Shown piece after piece: positions 25,414 to 34,948 of a stretch of 64,000 nucleotides of DNA; position 1 is the stretch's first letter; every line of letters begins with the position of its first letter. The notes beneath the pieces were generated by a model. It was not told the origin of the DNA. It made no database searches and saw nothing but the letters and a program-made list of their open reading frames with translations. The DNA is from a virus. The stretch lies in IMG/VR virus record IMGVR_UViG_3300009285_016375, positions 1-64,000 of that record. The stretch is one strand, 5' to 3'. A program made the position numbers and the translations under genes.

Positions 25414-26953
25414 CGATGCCGCCCGATTGCGGCAAGCGGACCAGCAAGGCTTCTTCCAGCTCCGCCCAGCTTTTGGCGGCAATGCAGTAGCGCAAAGCGT
25501 CCAGGCGGTGCTTGAGCGGGTCCGCAGCGGCCAGGCGGCCCTGCCGATTGAGGGCGATGTTGGAGAGGCATTCCCGCAGCAGTTCACAGCGGACATCCAC
25601 GATAATGCGGTCCTCGTGCATCAGCCGGCGGAGGAGCTTCAGGCCGGGCATAACCTTGCCCTTGGGGGCGGCCTCCAGTTCGATGCGGCCCTCACTGTAG
25701 CGGTAGATGGAGCGGGCTTCGAAAGCTTCCAAGCCTTCGCGCGGCGAGAAGGAGGAGGTGTCCGAGTAGTGGTGCCACAAGAGCCGTGTCCCGGCGCGTG
25801 CGGCCAGGGCGTCCATTTTCTCGAGCACCATTTCGGTGAAGTCCTTCAGGGAAATATTTTCCTTCAGGAGGACCAACTCGTCGTGGACTTTGAACAGGTA
25901 AATGGGTTCGTTGGCCGCCGCCGCCGAAATATCGACCGGCTCGATGAAGAGCACGGCCGGGTTGCGCCCGCCGTAGTCCCAGGCCGTGTTTAGCTCGACA
26001 CAGCCGGGTTCGAGCAACAGGTATTCGTCGTCCTGAAAGCGACCGGGATGCGCGTCGTCGGGGATGTTGCCGATGCGGCCGAAGACATGGGCGGCGGGGC
26101 GCCAGACGTCGGCAAAGTAACCGGCGCCGCTGGCCTTGACGTAAAGGCCGTAGTAGTAGCGAGCCAGGAGCACTGGGTCGCTGTAATAGGAGGAGTACAC
26201 GTCGCGGCGGTCTTCAGGGGACAGGAAGGTGTTGTCGTCGATGTTGACGGTGATGACTTCGATTTGGCGGTAGAACTCCTGCAGCGCTTGCCGGGCCTGG
26301 CCCGTGATATGATCGGGGATGGGCTGGTGCGGTTCCTCGAAGAAGAGCTGGTAGAACCAGGAATCTTTGCCTTCGGGAGGGGGGTTGACGTCCGCCAGGA
26401 ACATGTATTGGTCTGGCTGGATCGGGACGCCCGGCGGGGCCCGCAGGCATTGGCGGAGGATGTCGAAGGACTTGCGGCGGGTCAGCACTTCGTCCATTTG
26501 CGTGACCCAGAGGCCGGTGTAACGGCGGCCTTTGAAGCGCTGTTCCACCTCGTCTTCCACGGCCAAAGAATCGAGTTGGATGTAGGCTTTGCCAGCCGGG
26601 CCGAGAATTTCGCAGTATAGCTTTTTGGTGAGCCCTTTCTGGCGGACGCGCTTTTTGTGGTCCTCCACCCACTCGACCAAGCCATCGGCGGCCCATTGGT
26701 CAATGACGCCGCCGTCGCGGGTCAGGTCTTCCCAAGCGCCACCGTCGGCATTGAAGGTGTTGGTGGCCCCCAGGATGGAAAAGGAGGCCGGGCCGATGTC
26801 GCGGCAGTGTTTGAGGACGGCATGGGCGCACCCGATGGTTTTTCCGCATTTTCTCGGCCCGGAGAAGAGGCGGAAACGTTTGCGGGAATTGATGAGGCGG
26901 GCCTGCTTTTCAAATACGTCGAGGTAGTGCGAGCCGTCAGTTCTGAAAGGCAT
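25397..26953 (-). CDS. terL: terminase large subunit
   Basis: Q motif, Walker A GPRKCGKT, LWVTQMDE, DVNP, nuclease AWDYG..NP and HRLDALRY. Confidence 0.88.
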   Translation of the reverse strand: MPFRTDGSHYLDVFEKQARLINSRKRFRLFSGPRKCGKTIGCAHAVLKHCRDIGPASFSILGATNTFNADGGAWEDLTRDGGVIDQWAADGLVEWVEDHKKRVRQKGLTKKLYCEILGPAGKAYIQLDSLAVEDEVEQRFKGRRYTGLWVTQMDEVLTRRKSFDILRQCLRAPPGVPIQPDQYMFLADVNPPPEGKDSWFYQLFFEEPHQPIPDHITGQARQALQEFYRQIEVITVNIDDNTFLSPEDRRDVYSSYYSDPVLLARYYYGLYVKASGAGYFADVWRPAAHVFGRIGNIPDDAHPGRFQDDEYLLLEPGCVELNTAWDYGGRNPAVLFIEPVDISAAAANEPIYLFKVHDELVLLKENISLKDFTEMVLEKMDALAARAGTRLLWHHYSDTSSFSPREGLEAFEARSIYRYSEGRIELEAAPKGKVMPGLKLLRRLMHEDRIIVDVRCELLRECLSNIALNRQGRLAAADPLKHRLDALRYCIAAKSWAELEEALLVRLPQSGGIVTVPL

Positions 26954-26961
26954 TTCTAATC

Positions 26962-26990
26962 TTGACTAACTTGATCATCTTGCTTACCAT
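26962..26990 (+). promoter_or_regulatory. sigma70-like promoter of the head/tail operon
   Basis: TTGACT-N17-TACCAT; shares TTGACTAACYTGATCA with the promoter at 24382. Confidence 0.65.
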
Positions 26991-27018
26991 TCTGCTAAAC
27001 AATACGCAAGAACTTGTT

Positions 27019-27355
27019 TATGCGCAACTCAGAGCGGCACCATGAAATGATGGACTTGGGGACGCGTCACGACGACGACCTGGCTTCCGGCCCCGGCGCC
27101 GGCCCAGCGCCTGAGCCCGAAAGGCCGAGGGTCAGTTACCCGAAGTTTTCGGTGCATGGCGGCGTGAAGGAGGCGATGGAGAAGGAGCTGGGGCCGATGA
27201 AGCGCGGGGACCGGATGATGGCGCTGTGCGACCTGGAGGTGTCCGGGACGAGCGAGAACGAATACGAGGCGAGCCTTGAGTTCAGCGTGTGCGGGCTGAA
27301 AGCGAGCGACGACGTGGCTGAGGGCCAGCCCAAGGCAGAGAAAGGCATGAGGTAG
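27019..27355 (+). CDS. hypothetical (capsid-staple-like) protein
   Basis: First gene of the structural operon; YP...G.....V..T....SLEF pattern. Confidence 0.5.
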
Positions 27356-27425
27356 ATGCTGGCGGTGTGGTCTGTCCTATTGGGCATGGCGATTTTCTCG
27401 CGAACGCGAACGCGAACGCTCAGCG

Positions 27426-29963
27426 ATGACTGCCCGTAAGAAACCCAGTATGGACGAAACGGATTCTCCCCAGCCGCCGCCCCCGGCCGAAGAAGCGCCC
27501 CGGCCGAACGAGTTTTACAAGCGGATCGGGATCAGCCCCGAGACCCTGCGGCCGCTGTTCGAGACCAAGACACCCTCGAAGCGGATCAAGGCGTTGCTGC
27601 ATTTGATCCGCACGCGCCTGGAGGAAACGCGGCGCCGCAACCTGGCTGATGCGGCCACCTGGACGGCGGTGGATTTGGCCGTGGACACGGCCCTGAATTC
27701 GACCACGCCCACGCTGCTGGACAAGCTGCTCAACGGGCGGCTGTGGAAGGAAAGCGAGTTGGTGGACAGCCTGAAGCAGTGGAACATCTCCGAGCAGGAA
27801 GCGTTCGATTACGTGACGGAGGGCAACCAGACGGTGCGCGCCTTAAAGCAGCGCACGTTCTGGAAGGTGAAGCTGCCGTTGGCGGCGTCGATCCTCAAGT
27901 CGCGGGTGTCCCGCCTGTACACGGATCGCGATGTGGTGCCGTGGCTGCCGTATGAGCCGGTGGTCTCGACTGAGGCCAACCGCCTGAAATGTGAGCTGTT
28001 GACGAATTTGGCGGAGCGGTGGGTGGAACAGTTTGCCATCAAAGAGACTTACCGGCAGGCGCAGTTGCAGGCCGGCAAGTACGCGCGGGTGCTGGCGTTT
28101 GTGCAGGAGGCGTGGCACGTGGTGACCGAATACGACGCCGCCGGCAAGCCTGTGACCCTGAAAGAAGGGCTGCGTTACAACACCCCGCCGATCTATCGGC
28201 TGGGCTGGGACCTGGCGCATCCGCTCTACACCCTGAACACGGACACCGGCTGCACCTGGGCGCTCTACTGGCGGCTGGTGCGGGCCGGGGAGGTGATCAA
28301 CAACCCCGATTACTGGAACCGCGACCAGATCAGCTTCGGGTCAGCGTGGTTCGACCCGCTGATTTCCAACAACTATTTCAAAGAGATTTATCCCTGCCAA
28401 GCGACGCTGCCGTGCGACACGGACACGTGGCGGAGCTACCAGAACGACCGGGAAAAAGCGGCCCACCTGTATGACAACAACGAGCATGACGCGGCGCTGT
28501 TTCTGACGAACAAGGTGGCCAAGTTGGTGCCGGCGCAGTGGGGCCTGGGCGATTACCGGGGCGAACTGTGGTTCCGGTTTGTGATGGCGAACGATGACAC
28601 GGTGGTGTTTTCAGAACCGCTGCCGGCCTGCCCGGCGCTGTTCCTGGGCTGGGACGTGGACGAGAGCAAGACGCGCGACCCGAGCTTGGTGCTGGAAGCA
28701 CTGACGCACCAGGATTTCATCAACAACCTGGTCAGCCAGCATCGGCTGACGGTCACGCAGAACCTGATCAAGATCGTCTGGTACGACACGGCCAGCGGCG
28801 TGACCCTGGACACGCTGAAAAAAACCAAGGCGGAAAGCCACGAGTTCGCCCATATCTGCTACCTGCCCTACGACAGCCGCCGGTTTAAGGGGCAGGGGAT
28901 CGACCCGACCAAGATATTCGTGCCGCTGAATTTCGGGTATCAGGACACGACGCAGTTGATTGCCTGCCTGAACACGTATCTCAGCTTGATGGAGCGCATG
29001 ACGGGGATGAGCGCCAACGAGTTTGGGGTGAACGCGCCGCGGGTCACCACAGCTCAGGAAACGCTGCGGGTGGCGGAAAACGCCGGCTCCCGCCTGAATT
29101 ACACCGGGAGCTGGGCGGATGATTTTTTGGACGCGATGAAGCGGCAGTTTCATCGGTTTGCGCTCGCGTTTAGCGACGACGAGTTCACCGCCCACGTGAC
29201 CGATGCCACCGAGGCGAGCTTGCAGACCCTGCGAGCGCTGGGGTTTGAGGTGAAAGATACCGACTCGAACCGCAAGACCGAGGTGCGGGGCAACAAGCGG
29301 TTGTTGGACATCGACGATTTTGTGTCGAGCCGCTCGTTGCAGAACCGGATCAACAACCCGCAGGTGGCCCTGGTCATGTTCCAGGCCATTCAAGCCGTGG
29401 CCCCGTTCTTGATGGACGGGTCGGCGGGGGGCCGGCGGGAAGTGATCGGCCTGTTGAACCGGGCCGCGCAGATGGCCGGAGTGCCCCCGGACTTCAAATT
29501 CAACCTGCCCGAAAGACAGGACGAGGGGCCGCCGGCGCCGGCGGTGAAAGTGACTGAGACGGTGAAGTACGCGGACCTGCCCGAGGACGTGAAGCGGCAA
29601 GTGGAAGCGCAACTGGGTTTGCAGCCTTCCCAACTGCCCAGCCCCGAACAAATGCAGGCAGTGTTGGCGCAGCAAATGGTCCAGGCCGGGGAAGCCATCC
29701 AGCAGGGAGCGGTGCAGAAAGCGGTGCAAGAGGTGGGCCAGGGACTGGAGCCGGTGCTGGCGGCCATCCAGCAGCAACAGACGCAACTGAGCCAATTGGC
29801 CCAGGCGCTGGCGCAAAACCGGGATCAAGACGCCCAAGTGGCGGCCGGGGTGGGAGAGCTCCAGCAAGCGCTGGCGGGGCTAGCGCAGCAACACCAGCAA
29901 CTGCAAGGGCTGCTGGCTGATCAGGCCAGCCAGGCGACGGGCCCGGGTGTTCCCAGCCTATGA
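27426..29963 (+). CDS. portal protein (P22-like, Q-rich C-terminal coiled coil)
   Basis: Size and position; MERMTGMS....G....TTAQE motif; long Q/A-rich tail. Confidence 0.75.
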   Translation: MTARKKPSMDETDSPQPPPPAEEAPRPNEFYKRIGISPETLRPLFETKTPSKRIKALLHLIRTRLEETRRRNLADAATWTAVDLAVDTALNSTTPTLLDKLLNGRLWKESELVDSLKQWNISEQEAFDYVTEGNQTVRALKQRTFWKVKLPLAASILKSRVSRLYTDRDVVPWLPYEPVVSTEANRLKCELLTNLAERWVEQFAIKETYRQAQLQAGKYARVLAFVQEAWHVVTEYDAAGKPVTLKEGLRYNTPPIYRLGWDLAHPLYTLNTDTGCTWALYWRLVRAGEVINNPDYWNRDQISFGSAWFDPLISNNYFKEIYPCQATLPCDTDTWRSYQNDREKAAHLYDNNEHDAALFLTNKVAKLVPAQWGLGDYRGELWFRFVMANDDTVVFSEPLPACPALFLGWDVDESKTRDPSLVLEALTHQDFINNLVSQHRLTVTQNLIKIVWYDTASGVTLDTLKKTKAESHEFAHICYLPYDSRRFKGQGIDPTKIFVPLNFGYQDTTQLIACLNTYLSLMERMTGMSANEFGVNAPRVTTAQETLRVAENAGSRLNYTGSWADDFLDAMKRQFHRFALAFSDDEFTAHVTDATEASLQTLRALGFEVKDTDSNRKTEVRGNKRLLDIDDFVSSRSLQNRINNPQVALVMFQAIQAVAPFLMDGSAGGRREVIGLLNRAAQMAGVPPDFKFNLPERQDEGPPAPAVKVTETVKYADLPEDVKRQVEAQLGLQPSQLPSPEQMQAVLAQQMVQAGEAIQQGAVQKAVQEVGQGLEPVLAAIQQQQTQLSQLAQALAQNRDQDAQVAAGVGELQQALAGLAQQHQQLQGLLADQASQATGPGVPSL

Positions 29964-30259
29964 TTACCGCCGAGCTGGTGCCGTTGCTCGAGCCCGAGCA
30001 ACAAGCGTTGCGCCAATGGTTGGCCAGCCCGCTGTGCGAGGAGTTTTTGCGCAGCGTGCAAGCCGAGATCGACGTGGAGCTGGAGCAGGCGAAAACCGCG
30101 ATGCTGGAGGCCCAGGAGTTTCCCAACATGGCCGCCGAGGCAGGGCCGCATTTGGCCCGGGCCAGCGACTGGCAGAAAGTCGTGCGGATGCTGATGGTTT
30201 GCCGCCGGAGTTACGAGTTTAAGCAGGTGCATATTACACATCAACCCAATCCCGCATGA
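29960..30259 (+). CDS. hypothetical head-module protein
   Basis: Coupled between portal and scaffold. Confidence 0.6.
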   Translation: MITAELVPLLEPEQQALRQWLASPLCEEFLRSVQAEIDVELEQAKTAMLEAQEFPNMAAEAGPHLARASDWQKVVRMLMVCRRSYEFKQVHITHQPNPA

Positions 30260-31653
30260 GTACTGAAACTGAGGGCAACCCAGCCGAGCAGAAAGCAGGA
30301 GCGTTCGCCCGCCGTTATTTGGGCGAACAGGCCGAAGCGGTCCCAACCGAGGCCGCCGCGCCCGAGGCGGCGCCGCCCGCGGCCCCGGTTCCGGATGCTG
30401 GAGCCGGCTCGCCCTCTGATTCAGCCTCGAAGGAGGCTGCCACTGCGAGCGCCGCCCCAGAGAGTGGCGCACCGCCCCAGGGTGAGCCGAAAAAGGTGGT
30501 GACCTACAAGGTGCCGCGCAAGCATCAGGAGGCGCCCCCCCCGGCCGCGCCCGCCGTGGCGACTTTGGATGAGGAAGCGGCCAAGCGGATCGGCCAGGAA
30601 ACAGCCCGCGCCCTGGCCGAAGCGCAGGCCAAGTCCCTGGAGGTGGAATTCGAGGCGGAAGAGCGCGAGACGATCGCCCTCATTCACGTGCTGGAAGAGG
30701 AGAAGGTGTATCCCCAAGGCGCGGCCGACAAGGTGAAAAGGGTGTTGGCCGCCATTGCTGAAAAAGAGTTGGACCCGGACGGCGCGGAGGCCAGAAAGCT
30801 GTGGGAGGGGCTCGGGTTTGGTGTGACCGAACGGGACCTGGCCCGCGCGGAAGGGTTGCGCCGGGAACGGCCTTGGAAAGCGCGGCTGGCCGCGGCCGAA
30901 GAGGGGCGTGAAGCCCTGGAAAAGCAAGTGTTGTCGCTGCGGCTCGACCGTGTGGCGGAACGGGCCGGAGCGGCGGCCGCTCGCCAAGCGGCCAAAGCAC
31001 TGGCGCCGGAGGCCGGCTTGGCCGACCGGAACGGCTTGGACGAAGAAAAACTGGAGGAGTTTGCCCAGAGCGGCGCCACGGGCCAAAAGATTGCCCAGGC
31101 GATAGTCAGCGCGCGGAACTGGGCCGCCGGTGCGCAAGCGACGATAGCGTTGCTGGAGCAGGAAGCCGCCTATACCGGCAAAGGGAAGACCCCGCCCAAG
31201 TGGTTGGTGGAAGAGATCAACGGCTCCGAGCTGATGCACTTCGTGGCCGAAGCCAGCGCCAAGCTGCCGGGGGTCGAAGACGGGGAAGGCCGCGCGTTCG
31301 TGGCCCCGGCTGAGTATGAGAAGCTGCCCGCCGAGGCGCGGGCAGGGCACTGGACGATCACGCTGGACAACGCCATTCCCCTGGGCTTGCAGCGCATTAC
31401 CCAGGGGGCCAAACAAGCCGCGGAAAGGGTGACTCGGGAAAAGCAGACCGACCGGTCTGCTGTGGAAGCCGAGCTGAGAGCTAAACTGGCCAAGGAATGG
31501 GGAGTGGACCCAGCCACCGGCAAGCCGGCCGGGGCGGGGACCATGCGGACGGAAAAGCCGAAAAGCCCGGCGGCCCTGGACCCAGCGGTGGCCGCGGCGG
31601 CGCCGAGTCACACGCAGGTGGCCGCGTTTGAGCGCAGGTTTTTGGGGAGGTGA
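30256..31653 (+). CDS. putative scaffolding protein
   Basis: A/E/P-rich helical protein directly before the capsid gene. Confidence 0.65.
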   Translation: MSTETEGNPAEQKAGAFARRYLGEQAEAVPTEAAAPEAAPPAAPVPDAGAGSPSDSASKEAATASAAPESGAPPQGEPKKVVTYKVPRKHQEAPPPAAPAVATLDEEAAKRIGQETARALAEAQAKSLEVEFEAEERETIALIHVLEEEKVYPQGAADKVKRVLAAIAEKELDPDGAEARKLWEGLGFGVTERDLARAEGLRRERPWKARLAAAEEGREALEKQVLSLRLDRVAERAGAAAARQAAKALAPEAGLADRNGLDEEKLEEFAQSGATGQKIAQAIVSARNWAAGAQATIALLEQEAAYTGKGKTPPKWLVEEINGSELMHFVAEASAKLPGVEDGEGRAFVAPAEYEKLPAEARAGHWTITLDNAIPLGLQRITQGAKQAAERVTREKQTDRSAVEAELRAKLAKEWGVDPATGKPAGAGTMRTEKPKSPAALDPAVAAAAPSHTQVAAFERRFLGR

Positions 31654-31807
31654 GAGCCACCCCTGAGGGTGGGAGAGGGTGGGGGGTGCGCCTATCTGGG
31701 AGATAGGGACGGGGCCGCGGGTGGAGCCAGGTAACAAAACTTGAGCGGCCGCGCTCCGCAGCGGGGGCGGGCGGTGATGTTAATGCGAACAACGACATTG
31801 ACATCTT

Positions 31808-33628
31808 ATGCCCACACCAACCGAAGCGCTGACGACTGAAAATTTCTTCGCGTCTTGCACCCCTGGCATTCGCACGGACTTAGACAAGTCGGGCGTGATG
31901 ACCCTGACCAACATTGAGGTGCCCACCCCGTCCGAACTGGACGGCATCTTCAGTGGGTCCAGCCAACTGGCCACGCTGAGGATTCTGGAGGACCTGTTTC
32001 TCTGGAAGCTGGAAGTGAACGCGATGGGTTACAAGAAGTATGACCTGTTCGACCTGTTCACGGACCTGGCGGTGGACGTGTCCGGCAAGCTGGGCGGGAT
32101 CGAGAAACGGGCCGGGGTGCCGGAGATTGCGCCGTTCATCTACGCCCGGCGCGAGGAGCCCATCAACAACATTTCCTGGAAGCTGGCCAGCGGCTACCGC
32201 AGCAACGCTGCCGGCGCAGTGGATGCGGCGGGCGATTACTGGACGGTCTCAGTGACCAACTCAGAAGGCATCCCGCTGGACGACGATGGCAGCGGCGGCT
32301 CCGATTGGTTCCACGAGAACGAGATTGTCTTTGCCACCACCTTGACCGAGGGCGGGACGGTGGCCCACACGCAGTGGAAGGTGAAACTGTTCGTTTCCAG
32401 CGGCGACAAACTGGTCTTGGAACCCGCCATGCCGACGGCCGCGCCCACTACTGGCTCGTCCGCTGCGCCGGGCGGTTTGTTTGACTGGGGCGTGACCAAC
32501 CCGACCCTGACGCCGCCGGTGACGGGCGATCTGGTGCGGGGCACGAACAACGTGACGCCTTGGGAAAGCTGGTGCTATCAGCCGCCGGGGTTGATTTCCA
32601 ACCAGGTGGACCCGTTCTGGTTCCAGCACAGCCAGGAGAGTTACAAGGTCTCGGAATCCTACCGGAAATGGCAGGAGATGATTGCCCGGAAGAACGTGCT
32701 CTACGACAGCTTCTACAATCTGCCGGAGGCCCAGGGGCGGCGCCAGGCGGCGGACGATTTCAAGCGGCGGGTTGCCAACCAACTGATGTTCGGCTATCCC
32801 AGCAGCAGGGAACAAACCCTGTACAGTTACCGGAACCTGCCCACGGCCACTTTCTATTATCCGGCGACCCTCAACCCCACTTCCGCGACCGACGCGTACG
32901 TGGGCACGGCGGGCGCCACCGAAGTCGTGACCCGGAAGGCCGATGCCGTAGGATTTTATTGGCAACACAAGGCCAGGGGGAGAGTCATCGATCTCCAAGG
33001 CCGGGCCCTGAACATTCCGGCCTTGATCGACCTGCTCTATGGGCTGGTGCGGTATCGCAAGCAGATTGGGATGCCCAACGCGGACACGGTGGAGATCATG
33101 TGCACCAGCGAGTATCATCCGGCCTTCGACAAGGCCATGATGTTGCACTACAAGGACGTGTATAGCGACCAACTGCGCTTTAACGCGGACGCCAGCAAAC
33201 CGCTGCTCAGCAACCTGAACCTGCGGTACGTGGAGTATCCGCTGCGCTACCCGGCCGGGGTGACGCTGCGGCTGGTGTTCCACCCGTTCTTTGATGACCT
33301 GATCTCGCGCATGAAGACCAGCGGCAACGAGAACGCCGGGCGGCAGTTGTGGATGTTGCCCTGGAAATACAACCGGATGGGCATCATCAACACGGTGCGC
33401 AAGACGCGCACGGTGGGCGACATTGAGGAACTGGCCAAGGTGAACCCGTTCTATCAGTGCCAGATTTACGGGCGGAAGACCTACATCGACCTGATGAACA
33501 TGTGCTTCACGGCGCTGAGCACGGCGCCGATGGCGGGCATCATCTTCCAAGGCGTGAGTTCGGCAGTGCCGGAAGCGATCTCCAAGGGCACGGAAGATTA
33601 CGTGCAGGCGTGCTCGCTGATCCCGTAA
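31808..33628 (+). CDS. putative major capsid protein
   Basis: Position after the scaffold, strongly biased codon usage, and ANQLMFG and LRLVFHPFF motifs typical of HK97-fold capsids. Confidence 0.7.
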   Translation: MPTPTEALTTENFFASCTPGIRTDLDKSGVMTLTNIEVPTPSELDGIFSGSSQLATLRILEDLFLWKLEVNAMGYKKYDLFDLFTDLAVDVSGKLGGIEKRAGVPEIAPFIYARREEPINNISWKLASGYRSNAAGAVDAAGDYWTVSVTNSEGIPLDDDGSGGSDWFHENEIVFATTLTEGGTVAHTQWKVKLFVSSGDKLVLEPAMPTAAPTTGSSAAPGGLFDWGVTNPTLTPPVTGDLVRGTNNVTPWESWCYQPPGLISNQVDPFWFQHSQESYKVSESYRKWQEMIARKNVLYDSFYNLPEAQGRRQAADDFKRRVANQLMFGYPSSREQTLYSYRNLPTATFYYPATLNPTSATDAYVGTAGATEVVTRKADAVGFYWQHKARGRVIDLQGRALNIPALIDLLYGLVRYRKQIGMPNADTVEIMCTSEYHPAFDKAMMLHYKDVYSDQLRFNADASKPLLSNLNLRYVEYPLRYPAGVTLRLVFHPFFDDLISRMKTSGNENAGRQLWMLPWKYNRMGIINTVRKTRTVGDIEELAKVNPFYQCQIYGRKTYIDLMNMCFTALSTAPMAGIIFQGVSSAVPEAISKGTEDYVQACSLIP

Positions 33629-33660
33629 GCAATAGCAGATAGCAAATCGCAAACAGAACA

Positions 33661-34434
33661 ATGGAACGAACCATGAAACAAATCTCTCTGACTCTGGCGA
33701 CCCTGGCAGGGGCCTTGACTTTGGCTGGGGGCGCGGCCCGAGAAGTGAACCCGGCGGATACCTTCTCGGTGTATGGGGTGCAGCACGGGTGCGTGAAGAC
33801 CAACATTTGCGTGGTGCCAGGATCGCCGATAGCCAGTGATCCATTGATCAGCACCACCACCTACAGAAAACGGGCGGGGGTGACCTATGCGGCTCTGACC
33901 TGTTACACCAACGATGGGACCGGCGTGCTGAACCTGTACACCAGCGGGCCGCCGGCCAGCATCAGCCTGCTGAACACCAATCTGGCTGGACCGGCCAGTG
34001 TGACCAACCTGATCTTCGGCAGTTCCAACTTCTGCGTGTCCGGGGATCAGGTGCTGATCTACGATGGATGGCTGGATACCTATCATTGGGCCGTGGCGGA
34101 TGTGTGGCATACCAACGGACCTCCGGGCGGCACCAGCTACCGCTGGCTGAAGCTCAAGGCCAATACAGTGCTGACCAACGCCAGCAGCGGTTCGGGCACG
34201 ATGCAACAAGTCAAGCCTGGCCAGAACAGTGGCGCTTGGAAGCTGGGTTTGGTGGGTCAAATCCCGCTCAGCACGGCCTTGAATACTTTCGCGCCCGCCA
34301 GTGGCTATTTGCTCAGTTCCCCGCAGCCGAACCTGCCTTTGGTCCTCTCGGTGACGACCGGGACAGCGGCCCCGCTGTATGCCGATGCGCTCTATACCAA
34401 CCGCATCCGGTATGTGACGGGAGCGTACCGCTAA
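33661..34434 (+). CDS. hypothetical beta-rich protein with signal-peptide-like N-terminus
   Basis: MKQISLTLATLAGALTLAGGAA; TN-rich. Confidence 0.65.
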   Translation: MERTMKQISLTLATLAGALTLAGGAAREVNPADTFSVYGVQHGCVKTNICVVPGSPIASDPLISTTTYRKRAGVTYAALTCYTNDGTGVLNLYTSGPPASISLLNTNLAGPASVTNLIFGSSNFCVSGDQVLIYDGWLDTYHWAVADVWHTNGPPGGTSYRWLKLKANTVLTNASSGSGTMQQVKPGQNSGAWKLGLVGQIPLSTALNTFAPASGYLLSSPQPNLPLVLSVTTGTAAPLYADALYTNRIRYVTGAYR

Positions 34435-34453
34435 CCCCAAGCACCCAGAGGCC

Positions 34454-34942
34454 ATGAGATATTTCGAGAAGCAACTGCCGAACCTGGCGTTTTACTTTGC
34501 CGATGGCAGCCCGCCTGAATACGCAGCCCGCTCGGCGGGGTCCGGGCTGATCGCCTTGGACGAAAGCCAGCAGCCGGAGAAGGTGGCGGAACTGGAGAAG
34601 CTGGCCCGACAACGGGTGGGCGGGATTGTGGCTTTGAGCGCCGAGCAGTTCGACGCCAAAAAAAAAGCCATCAGCTTGCTGACTTTGACCGCGCCCGCCA
34701 CGCCGCCCAAGCTGCGCGCCGTGCGACCCGATCAGAACCCGTTTCTGGACGCGTTGGAGGGCCGTGCCCGGCCTGCGGCGGTGATGGCTACTGCAAAACC
34801 GGTTGCGGCGCGGGAAAGCCCTGCCCAGCCTGCGGCGGCACCGGCCGCGCCCGATAACCCCCAGCCCGCGCGCCAGCGCTACCAACCGCGGGCGGGAACA
34901 TTGAGCAAGGAACGGGCCGAATCGCCCGCGCCGTCCCAGTAA
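34454..34942 (+). CDS. hypothetical protein
   Basis: ORF within the operon. Confidence 0.6.
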   Translation: MRYFEKQLPNLAFYFADGSPPEYAARSAGSGLIALDESQQPEKVAELEKLARQRVGGIVALSAEQFDAKKKAISLLTLTAPATPPKLRAVRPDQNPFLDALEGRARPAAVMATAKPVAARESPAQPAAAPAAPDNPQPARQRYQPRAGTLSKERAESPAPSQ

Positions 34943-34948
34943 CCTCCC

